Assembly: GCA_041650235.1 (NCBI GenBank)
Contig: JBAZLP010000001.1
Coordinates: 1 to 46,805, forward strand
Direction: 5' to 3'
From: Minisyncoccota bacterium
GTDB lineage: Bacteria > Patescibacteriota > Minisyncoccia > Minisyncoccales > Minisyncoccaceae
DNA length: 46,805 nt
The notes beneath the pieces were generated by a model, which saw only the letters and a program-made list of their open reading frames with translations, had not been told where the DNA came from and searched no databases. A program made the position numbers and the translations under genes. Shown here in pieces: positions 24,130-31,844 of this stretch; the stretch's first letter is position 1, and every line of letters starts with the position of its first letter.

Positions 24130-24894
24130 TTATATTTTATTTATCCAGTTATTTAATATTTCCTTAACTTCTTTTAGATGCTTCGGTTTGCTAAAAACAT
24201 GATCTGCATCTTTAATGACATAAAACTTCTTATCACTCGGTAAAGCTTCGTATAAAATTTTCTGATGGCCAACCGGGGTTGATTCATCGTTTTCTCCTGC
24301 AACCAGCAACGTGGGCATGGTTATTTTTCTAACTTGAGTTAAAAGATTATATTTTAATCTATCCTCCATATGCGACCAAGGGATTTTTTTAAAAGTTCCC
24401 GGCTTTGATTTTCTTTCAGAAATTCGCCAACCTGTTCGTTGCCACTCCATTATCGCTTCAGGATTATTCTTAAGAGATAACTCACCGGAAACAACTGTAG
24501 ATAATAAGGAGATGGCTTTAACTTTTTCTGGATGATTTTCGGCATATAATGCTACTGCAATCCCGCCCAAGCTATGCCCGGCTAAAACAAATGGCTCTTG
24601 ATAAAAATCATTGCTTTTTACCCAGTTAATAACGTCTTCCAAGTCTTCGTAGTAATTCGTTGTTGTTGCATTTTCATAGTTCCCGTCGCTTTCACCAAAA
24701 GTATTTGTTGCATCAAATCGTATTGTATTATAATTACGCTCCAAGAAAACTTCTGCGCAAATTTCTATTATTGGCTGATTCTTAGATCCGCCCAGGCCGT
24801 GCATAATAAAAACCAGTCCAACCGGATTTTCTGCCTTTTGAAGTACTACAGATATTTTCTGATTTTTTCTATTCTTAATATATATCTTTTCCAC
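24130..24894 (-). CDS. Alpha/beta-fold hydrolase
   Basis: HGLGG oxyanion region, nucleophile elbow GHSLGG, and late Asp (GENDES) and His (DADHVF). Confidence 0.8.
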   Translation of the reverse strand: MEKIYIKNRKNQKISVVLQKAENPVGLVFIMHGLGGSKNQPIIEICAEVFLERNYNTIRFDATNTFGESDGNYENATTTNYYEDLEDVINWVKSNDFYQEPFVLAGHSLGGIAVALYAENHPEKVKAISLLSTVVSGELSLKNNPEAIMEWQRTGWRISERKSKPGTFKKIPWSHMEDRLKYNLLTQVRKITMPTLLVAGENDESTPVGHQKILYEALPSDKKFYVIKDADHVFSKPKHLKEVKEILNNWINKI

Positions 24895-24910
24895 AAATAT
24901 AACTTTAAGC

Positions 24911-25213
24911 TCATCCTTTAGTTCTAACGTTAATCCCGTTAATTTTTTCGTATTCGCGCTTTTCGTTTTTTGATATCTTTTTTACTATTTCCTCCTCTAA
25001 ATCAACCTTTAACATCTCAGAAAGTCCCATTAAGTATATTGCTACGTCGGCAAGCTCTTCGCCTAAATCGTCTTTCTTCTTCCTGTATGCATCATACGCC
25101 TCTCCTAATTCTCCATAGGTAAAACAAAATTCTTTATTAACATCTTCTGTGTTGAAATTTTTGTTCAATTTATTTTGGAATATTTCCTTTTGAATCTTTT
25201 TTAAATCTATCAT
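24911..25213 (-). CDS. MazG-type nucleotide pyrophosphohydrolase domain protein
   Basis: GELGEAYDAY ... LGEELADVAIYLMGLSEML. The EExxE/EELAD acidic motifs belong to the MazG family. Length 100 aa. Confidence 0.7.
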   Translation of the reverse strand: MIDLKKIQKEIFQNKLNKNFNTEDVNKEFCFTYGELGEAYDAYRKKKDDLGEELADVAIYLMGLSEMLKVDLEEEIVKKISKNEKREYEKINGINVRTKG

Positions 25214-25242
25214 GTTGTTGATTAAAATGCCTTATTATTTTT

Positions 25243-25277
25243 ATTATATCATAAAGCAAAAACCGACAAAAGTCGGC
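25243..25277 (-). promoter_or_regulatory. Terminator hairpin (25258-25277) plus extended -10 TGATATAAT (25243-25251), module copy 3
   Basis: The minus strand reads CCGAC-TTTT-GTCGG TTTTTGCTTTA TGATATAAT. Confidence 0.55.
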
Positions 25278-25283
25278 TCTATA

Positions 25284-25316
25284 TTGGCTCGGAAGATGGA
25301 ACGAACTTAGAACCTT
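25284..25316 (-). repeat. tRNA-3'-end-like repeat, copy 3
   Basis: Plus strand: ttggctcggaagatggaacgaacttagaacctt. Confidence 0.7.
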
Positions 25317-25341
25317 TTTAGATTTAAATGCTAATTTAATT

Positions 25342-25782
25342 TCAATAACAAAAACAATTTTCTAAAAACTTTTTTTGCTCTTTTATCATTTTATTGGGTA
25401 ATTTTTTAAAATATTTGAGCTCACTAGAATTTTCGTCGGGTTGAAAGTTATTGCTAGTTGGCTTAACTTCTATTGCAACACTTACGCTATGGAATTGAAC
25501 ATTTGAACGAATTTCATTCAAAAATTCTATATATCCAAGGAATTTTTTCGGCATTACAATTAAACCAGTTTCATCTTTTGCTATTCTTAATATAGCGTTA
25601 GATATTTTTTCTTTTTTAAAAACTGTTCCACCAGGTAAATGCCAAAAACCTTTACGTGGGTCGATTGCTCTTTTGGTAAGCAAAATCCCTTCTTTAGATT
25701 TTATTATAAGATCTACACAGAGGCGTGGGACCTTGCTGTAAATATCAAAAAAATCTTTTTCACTTAATGGATATTTACTCAT
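25342..25782 (-). CDS. NUDIX hydrolase
   Basis: Nudix box GGTVFKKEKISNAILRIAKDETGL (Gx5Ex7R.xx.ExG; the second Glu position is degenerate). Confidence 0.75.
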   Translation of the reverse strand: MSKYPLSEKDFFDIYSKVPRLCVDLIIKSKEGILLTKRAIDPRKGFWHLPGGTVFKKEKISNAILRIAKDETGLIVMPKKFLGYIEFLNEIRSNVQFHSVSVAIEVKPTSNNFQPDENSSELKYFKKLPNKMIKEQKKFLENCFCY

Positions 25783-25807
25783 ATTTATATTTTATTAATA
25801 ATAAAAT

Positions 25808-25816
25808 ATTATATCA
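25808..25816 (-). promoter_or_regulatory. Extended -10 (TGATATAAT) upstream of the Nudix gene
   Basis: The minus strand reads CGTGATATAAT, 25 nt from ATG 25782. Confidence 0.4.
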
Positions 25817-25851
25817 CGTAAAGAAAAAACAACAAAATATCTGCTTTAGAT

Positions 25852-25883
25852 TTGCTCGGGAAGTGGAACGAACTTGGAACCTT
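25852..25883 (-). repeat. tRNA-3'-end-like repeat, copy 4
   Basis: Plus strand: ttgctcgggaagtggaacgaacttggaacctt. Confidence 0.7.
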
Positions 25884-25935
25884 TTTGGTTCTAAATATCT
25901 TAGAATAAAAAAGAACGAGGTAGTAATCTCGCCTG

Positions 25936-26274
25936 TCATTCATCGAAAACTTTTTTGTTTTCTCTGATCCAAGGAATCACCTCGTCTAATATCTGCGGGT
26001 ACTCCGAAGACGGAATACTTTCTTTTGTTTTCAAAACGGCTATGGTCCACAAGTCGGTCACGCCGCCCAGTCCCATAAAATGAAATCTGATACGGCGGAG
26101 AATGTATAGTATTCCATCCTTTTGAGTGAAGAAATACGTTTCTTTCTCGTCAATGACCTCGCTCGAACTTTCAAATTCGAGATCATTTAATCCGTATTTT
26201 TCTACGAATTCTCCATACTCTTTACCGCGAGTGCTATCGCAAATACCATCAATAATTTCAATTCTGGGTCTCAT
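25936..26274 (-). CDS. Hypothetical protein (112 aa)
   Basis: Clean ORF with its own TTGACA-17-TATTAT promoter (26293-26321). No motif recognised. Confidence 0.55.
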   Translation of the reverse strand: MRPRIEIIDGICDSTRGKEYGEFVEKYGLNDLEFESSSEVIDEKETYFFTQKDGILYILRRIRFHFMGLGGVTDLWTIAVLKTKESIPSSEYPQILDEVIPWIRENKKVFDE

Positions 26275-26322
26275 TTTTATGACTTCGACAAAATAATACT
26301 ATATTTATATAGTATTGTCAAG

Positions 26323-26354
26323 TTGCTCGGTAAGTGGGACAAACTTGGAACCTT
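26323..26354 (-). repeat. tRNA-3'-end-like repeat, copy 5
   Basis: Plus strand: ttgctcggtaagtgggacaaacttggaacctt. Confidence 0.65.
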
Positions 26355-26374
26355 TTTGGTTTCCTAATTTTGGC

Positions 26375-27418
26375 TTATTTGTGGGGAGGATTTTCATAAC
26401 ATAGAAAATCGGCTTCCGCATTACCAATATTTTTAATCCCGTGAGATTGTTTTGGTAATATCCTAACTTGAGGCAATTTATTTAGAAATAATTCATTAAT
26501 CTTTCTCGGTCTATTCCCTTGGTATTTCATTACGGTGGACTTTCCATTAATATTTATTTCTAATTTTCCATTTATTAAATAGTAAATATGTTCGGTGTAT
26601 GGATGCTCGTGAGGTTCCATAATAATATTCGGCTTGATAATAATATATGAAAAAGGAGACTTTCCCTTGAAAGGGACCAAACTAACTCCAGCCACGCCTT
26701 TATAAATTGTTGTTCTTTTGAAATCAGGGATAGAATTCTTTTTTCTTGGCTTAAATCCCCAAGTCCAAACCCTGGACTGAATCCCCTCACTCGGTCTTCG
26801 ATATGGAACTAATAATGATTGAATTGCTTCAAAACCATTTTTCCTTAACTCTGATTTTAAATATTGTGGAGATGTAAAATAATAATCAGCTCTTGAAATA
26901 TATTCTATGTCTTCATTATTGGATGTGGATTCGTTGCTAATAAATAATAATCCTTGCTCTTTCAAAACTTTTTTATTTTCTTTTATAAATTTTTTTACTG
27001 ATAATTTACTATCTAGTAAATGACCAATCAAACCATCTGAAAAAGATAAATCGAAATAATTTTCTTTTAACCCAAAAGGTTTGCTAGCATTTAGGACTCT
27101 AGTTTTTAGTCCTTTATTCTTGGCAAATCCTAGGGCAGATTCACAAACATCAGTTGCTAGAACGTTATGACTCGAGTCTAATAATAATCTTTCTATAAAA
27201 GCGTTACCACATCCGCAACTTAAAATTCTATTACCGGAAGTGTAATTCAATAATTTATTTAAAATTACTATCATTCTTTCTCGGTATTTTTTATGCGATG
27301 TGGATGGAGTCATCGAGTTTCCCATATTTTTTCCGTTTTCCCAGATTTCAAATCTCGTCTTTCCGTTTTCAACTGGAGACTCGTAATACTTTTTAATTTT
27401 ATTAATAGAATTTCTCAT
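26375..27418 (-). CDS. Class I SAM-dependent methyltransferase fused to a C-terminal cupin domain
   Basis: SAM motif I ILSCGCGNAFIE followed by D-V(LATDV). The C-terminal beta-barrel has HEHPYTEHIYYLING...HGIKN (cupin His ligands). Confidence 0.65.
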   Translation of the reverse strand: MRNSINKIKKYYESPVENGKTRFEIWENGKNMGNSMTPSTSHKKYRERMIVILNKLLNYTSGNRILSCGCGNAFIERLLLDSSHNVLATDVCESALGFAKNKGLKTRVLNASKPFGLKENYFDLSFSDGLIGHLLDSKLSVKKFIKENKKVLKEQGLLFISNESTSNNEDIEYISRADYYFTSPQYLKSELRKNGFEAIQSLLVPYRRPSEGIQSRVWTWGFKPRKKNSIPDFKRTTIYKGVAGVSLVPFKGKSPFSYIIIKPNIIMEPHEHPYTEHIYYLINGKLEININGKSTVMKYQGNRPRKINELFLNKLPQVRILPKQSHGIKNIGNAEADFLCYENPPHK

Positions 27419-27442
27419 AGCTGCAAAATTTTCATTGTTTAA

Positions 27443-27480
27443 ATTATATCACAAAACAAAAACCGACAAAAGTCGGTTTT
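27443..27480 (-). promoter_or_regulatory. Terminator hairpin (27459-27480) plus extended -10 TGATATAAT (27443-27451), module copy 4
   Basis: The minus strand reads AAAACCGAC-TTTT-GTCGGTTTT TGTTTTG TGATATAAT. Confidence 0.55.
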
Positions 27481-27484
27481 GGAA

Positions 27485-27517
27485 CTGCTCCGATTGATAG
27501 ACGACATTAGAACTTCT
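27485..27517 (-). repeat. tRNA-3'-end-like repeat, copy 6 (most divergent; keeps the TGCTCCG of the tRNA)
   Basis: Plus strand: ctgctccgattgatagacgacattagaacttct. Confidence 0.5.
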
Positions 27518-27547
27518 TTATTAAAAATTAATAAATAAAATTTAAAA

Positions 27548-29782
27548 TCAAGCCTCAAGAGGAATCTCAATAGATGTTTCTATTTGAATCATACTTAATA
27601 CTTCTTGATGCAAATCAATTGAATCATCTTCTTGCATATCTTCTATAGAAAGAATTATTGAATATGGCTGCTTATAGCCAGATGGCAATCCATTATCTTT
27701 GGATTCGCAAAAAATGTTTAATTCCCAAAAATTTCCTGTATGTTTCATTGTAGAAACCTCTAGTGCTGGATAACACTTAACATTTGACTTTGTGTGAGCT
27801 CCGTCGTCTGAATTACGAGTGCTAAAACTATCTAAATTTTTTTGATCTTCACGTATAAACTGAACAGAAATATTAATCGGATTATACGTTCTTACATTTT
27901 TATGATTAATCGGACTAGAATATACGAGAGTTTTTCTAACCTTTAAGCGTTTCCTACTGCTTCCAGATATGCAACTAGGTATTGGAAATTTAATAGTCTT
28001 TTTTTTATTTATTCCTATCTCGTCTTCGATCACCAAAGTTGAAGAAGAATTTAGTGAATACATTGCCTTTTCTAAATTAGGCATTCCGAATCCAGATAAT
28101 TTCTTTTTCATAGTTTCATTTGTAATGCAATCACATCTTATTGATTCAGCAAAATGGATAAGAAGAGCCTTAATTGTATCTTTATTGTATTCTGGATAAA
28201 AATTATGCAACAAACAGGCCTCATGTAAAACTAATGGTGCCGCAAAACTTGTCCCTGAAGCTTTAGTAAGTTTATCGCTTTGCTTAGATGCCAAATAAAC
28301 ACCATTATATTCACAGCTAAAATCTCTTTTATGATTAGAATCATAATGTACAAAGTCTGGCTTAATAAATGGTACCGCATCTAAATTTGCTCTAGTTATT
28401 ACAACTGGATTTTTAATTTTTGTTATAGAATCAACACTTTCCTGATACGCTATTGATCCTACTGATATATTATTTATACTGTCTGAGGGTGGAATAATTC
28501 TACATATCGGCAGTTTAAAATAATTAGGATATCCCATTGCCTTGACCATCCTTTTTTCGTTTGCCCCCCAATCCCTATCAAAAAGATTACCAACTGAAAT
28601 AAAAAATAAACAATTATACTTATAAGAAAGTTCGTCCAATAATTTAGTTAATTTATCTACTTTTTTTCTATTATAATATATATAATTATTAATTGAAAAA
28701 TTTATTAACATCATTTGATAATTTGCTGCATTTCTCTCAATTGCTTCAATCAGCCTCTCTTCTAATCTTAAAAAATAACCTCCTCCTTCTGATAAATCGA
28801 CTGCTATAACTTTATTATCTTGCTGAATGCTGCCAGTAATATTAAGATGATGGCCACATACGACTAAGCTAGCAACAGCCGTAGCATGATCTTTATTGCC
28901 AGTATGTAACCCTACTTTTCCAACCATTGCCCCTCTAAGAATTACGTGCTGATCATTTACCGCTCCATCAAAGACAAATGCTGGCTCTCCGTTACTCAAT
29001 GGTGGTAAAATATTAAAATCGTCTATATTTCTTTCTAATGAAGATCCAATTAGGGTGTAATCAGGAGACTGCTCTATTTCAATTATTCCTTCATAATTTT
29101 TATGCAAAACTTCCACGTCATTAAACTTCGCTTTCATTCTACAAAAATGTAATAGTTCTGTATTAACTTTTGAAATAAACTTTTCGGGAAATTGCTCTTT
29201 AATAGCGTCGATTTTTGTATTTGCAATATTTTGCTTATCAGCAAACGAAACATCGATAAATACCTCCTGACTTGGATTTGTTTTCATCTTCCTCTTCAAT
29301 TCTTTTTCGATTATTTCTTCAAGGGTTAACGGTTTTATTTCTCTAATTTTTTCGAAATAAGACTTTAATTTCCCTTCCTCTACATAAGCAATGGCTTCAT
29401 CTTGCAAACGTCCAAAATCAGATTTTCCGCCATCTAATGATTTGCTGCTAATTTTACCATAGATAGTTGTGTTTTTTTCTCTATTCTCTTCTTGACGATA
29501 AACCTGTATTCTATATTTCGATAAAAAATCTGGGTTTACGGGACCATAAAATTTAATTTTAATTTCATTGGTTTGCTTATCGGTATCAATTTTAAAGGAT
29601 TCTTCTTTTTTAGAGAAAAAACTGCTAATCCTATTTACACCGCTTAAAACCTTTTGCTGTTGTTTTTCTCTATTAAATTCACCCAATGCTTTAAAATTCC
29701 TCCGTGGGGGAGCAGTATATGTATTCTCGCTGGAAAATAATTGACCAGGAATTTTAATATGTTTATATTTTTTTCTTGGCAT
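27548..29782 (-). CDS. Subtilase (peptidase S8) with a ~270-aa unknown N-terminal domain; IetS-like
   Basis: Catalytic triad contexts AFVFDGAV (Asp), DHATAVASLVV (His) and SGTSFAAPLV (Ser). No signal peptide, so predicted cytoplasmic. The ATG lies 20 nt inside the upstream ATPase gene. Confidence 0.85.
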   Translation of the reverse strand: MPRKKYKHIKIPGQLFSSENTYTAPPRRNFKALGEFNREKQQQKVLSGVNRISSFFSKKEESFKIDTDKQTNEIKIKFYGPVNPDFLSKYRIQVYRQEENREKNTTIYGKISSKSLDGGKSDFGRLQDEAIAYVEEGKLKSYFEKIREIKPLTLEEIIEKELKRKMKTNPSQEVFIDVSFADKQNIANTKIDAIKEQFPEKFISKVNTELLHFCRMKAKFNDVEVLHKNYEGIIEIEQSPDYTLIGSSLERNIDDFNILPPLSNGEPAFVFDGAVNDQHVILRGAMVGKVGLHTGNKDHATAVASLVVCGHHLNITGSIQQDNKVIAVDLSEGGGYFLRLEERLIEAIERNAANYQMMLINFSINNYIYYNRKKVDKLTKLLDELSYKYNCLFFISVGNLFDRDWGANEKRMVKAMGYPNYFKLPICRIIPPSDSINNISVGSIAYQESVDSITKIKNPVVITRANLDAVPFIKPDFVHYDSNHKRDFSCEYNGVYLASKQSDKLTKASGTSFAAPLVLHEACLLHNFYPEYNKDTIKALLIHFAESIRCDCITNETMKKKLSGFGMPNLEKAMYSLNSSSTLVIEDEIGINKKKTIKFPIPSCISGSSRKRLKVRKTLVYSSPINHKNVRTYNPINISVQFIREDQKNLDSFSTRNSDDGAHTKSNVKCYPALEVSTMKHTGNFWELNIFCESKDNGLPSGYKQPYSIILSIEDMQEDDSIDLHQEVLSMIQIETSIEIPLEA

Positions 29783-30893
29783 AATTCTTATAAGAATTTC
29801 TATGTATACCTAATGTTTCTGACATTTTAAGCTTAGAACATCCAGTACTTTCCATTATCCCACAAAGGTCTGATAAGATTTTACGATGTTGTTTTTTTAA
29901 ATTTTTTGGATTTTTGAGATAATCTTCGGTAAACAATGTTTTTACAAAATCAACTAAATCTGTTTCTTTTTTACCTTCTATTAAATTATTAATTACCGTT
30001 TTGTCAAAAAATACTTTTATTTCGTCAACAGTATTAATTTTCAAAGCATCTAAAGCTTCTGTTAAAAACTTTTTTTCTTTATCGCTTATTTTTATTTTAC
30101 TTATTTTTGTTTGAGTTTTATTTATTAAATAATTAAAAAAGTTTTCTTTTTCTCCATCAACCAACTCATCAACCAATATTTTAAATTTAAATCTCCTCAA
30201 AATAGCTGGATCTATAGATTCTAATAAATTTGTAGCAACAATGATTATTTTGTTTCCAGAATTAAAATCTAGAGTTTGTATAATGGAATTTACTATTCTC
30301 TTAAGTTCTCCTACATCATTTTTGTCTGTACGATTTTTTGCGAACGCATCAAATTCATCTATAAAAATAACCGTATTTTCTATACTTTTAAAAACATCTG
30401 CGATATTATGCATTGTTTCGCCAAGTCTAGACGATATAACGTCCGTTATCTTAACATAACTTATATTTTTTTTGAGTTTGTTGGCAATATAGAATCCTAT
30501 CGTTGTTTTTCCACTTCCTGGTGGTCCATAGAGCAAAATTTTATTAAATTGATCTGCAATTTGTGGTACTTTAACCTTTTGATGCAATTTTATAAATTTA
30601 TCTAATTTTGGTTCAATACTTGGAGCTATCCAAATATTTTCTATGTCTAAAAAAAGATTAGAATCATTATTAATTGGATTAAAATTAGACAAACTTGGCA
30701 TAATAGAAGATTTCTCATCTGAATATTCTTCTATGAGATCTAAAAAATTATTATACGATTTATGTCTATTGGCTTTAATCTCTTTTGCTGCGGTTTCTTC
30801 AATAATTTTAACTATTGCCGCTCTATCTCCCTTTAGTCCCAACTCCGCCAATTTTAAAACTAGGTCTTTTTTTGAGTTCATATTGTTATGCAC
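29763..30893 (-). CDS. AAA+ ATPase with a C-terminal Fis-type HTH-like tail; IetA-like
   Basis: Walker A GPPGSGKTT, Walker B VIFIDEFDA, sensor/Arg-finger region ATNLLESIDPAILRRF. The tail is CSKLKMSETLGIHRNSYKNYAKK. The track start 30893 is a GTG, and ATG 30881 (MNSKKDL) is an equally possible start. Confidence 0.85.
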   Translation of the reverse strand: MHNNMNSKKDLVLKLAELGLKGDRAAIVKIIEETAAKEIKANRHKSYNNFLDLIEEYSDEKSSIMPSLSNFNPINNDSNLFLDIENIWIAPSIEPKLDKFIKLHQKVKVPQIADQFNKILLYGPPGSGKTTIGFYIANKLKKNISYVKITDVISSRLGETMHNIADVFKSIENTVIFIDEFDAFAKNRTDKNDVGELKRIVNSIIQTLDFNSGNKIIIVATNLLESIDPAILRRFKFKILVDELVDGEKENFFNYLINKTQTKISKIKISDKEKKFLTEALDALKINTVDEIKVFFDKTVINNLIEGKKETDLVDFVKTLFTEDYLKNPKNLKKQHRKILSDLCGIMESTGCSKLKMSETLGIHRNSYKNYAKKKI

Positions 30894-30928
30894 AATTTGA
30901 TTATACCTTTATAAAATTGTGCAGTCAA
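30889..30928 (-). promoter_or_regulatory. Consensus sigma-70 promoter (TTGACT-17-TATAAT) embraced by a 9-bp inverted repeat (candidate operator)
   Basis: The minus strand reads TTGACT(30928-30923) GCACAATTTTATAAAGG TATAAT(30905-30900) CAAATTGTGCA. The inverted-repeat arms TGCACAATT / AATTGTGCA are at 30889-30897 and 30915-30923. Confidence 0.55.
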
Positions 30929-30995
30929 TAGTTTCCAGCTTTAATTAAGATTTTATTTTTAAATAATCATACTTCTTTAATAACTTCTATTACTT

Positions 30996-31844
30996 GTGGA
31001 TATTCTTGATTATCCACTAATAACAAAAGAAGAACATGATCAAATCCAAATTATACTTGGTAAAAAAGGAAGGCCTCGTCCTAGAACTCATGAATTCCCT
31101 TTTACTGGAATGATAACCTGTGGCGAATGCGGAGCAATGATTACAGCTGAAGATAAAACCAAAAGGCAAAAAAATGGAAATGTCCATAATTACACCTACT
31201 ATCACTGCACAAAAAAGAAAAATCCTAATTGCACACAAAAAAATATCAAAAAAGAATGTCTAGAAAAACAGATTATTGATATTTTAGAATCAATAGAGAT
31301 TCCAAGTGAATTCAAGGAATGGGCTTTAGACGTTTTGAAAGAAGAAAATGCTAAAGAGTTTGTCAATAAAGAAATTATTTTGAGCTCTCAACAAAAAAAC
31401 TATAATTCATGCATCAGAAGAATAAATAATTTAATTGATATGAGGGCAAATGAAGAAATTACAGAGGAAGAATTCTCTAAAAAAAGAAAAGAGCTAACTC
31501 AAGAAAAAGAAAAAATTAAAATTATTTTAGAAAATAGTGATGAGCAAGTTAATGATTGGGCTGAAAAAGCGACACAATTATTTTCATTTGCAGAATTAGC
31601 TAAAACTAAATTTGAAAATGGATCATTAGAAGACAAAAAAACTATTCTTTCTTGTTTAGGTTCGAACCTCTCACTAAAAGATGACAAACTCAGTATAGAA
31701 CTACAAAAACCATTACGTCTAATAGAAAAAGCATCTTTAGAGGTAAAGACTATCAACGAAAGGTTAGAACCTGTTGATTTTAGCTTAGATAAAAGAAAAA
31801 TGGGAGAAATATACTCCCAAAGTCCTATGTTGCTCCGGTGGTAG
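30996..31844 (+). pseudogene. 5'-truncated large serine recombinase (zinc-ribbon + coiled-coil C-terminal part only)
   Basis: It begins at a GTG with ...PLITKEEHDQIQ, then the recombinase zinc beta-ribbon FTGMITCGECGAMITAEDK...YTYYHCTKKK, then a long coiled coil. The resolvase catalytic domain and most of the recombinase domain are absent, with only 100 nt upstream. The last 12 nt overlap the 3' end of tRNA-Asn on the other strand. Confidence 0.7.
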
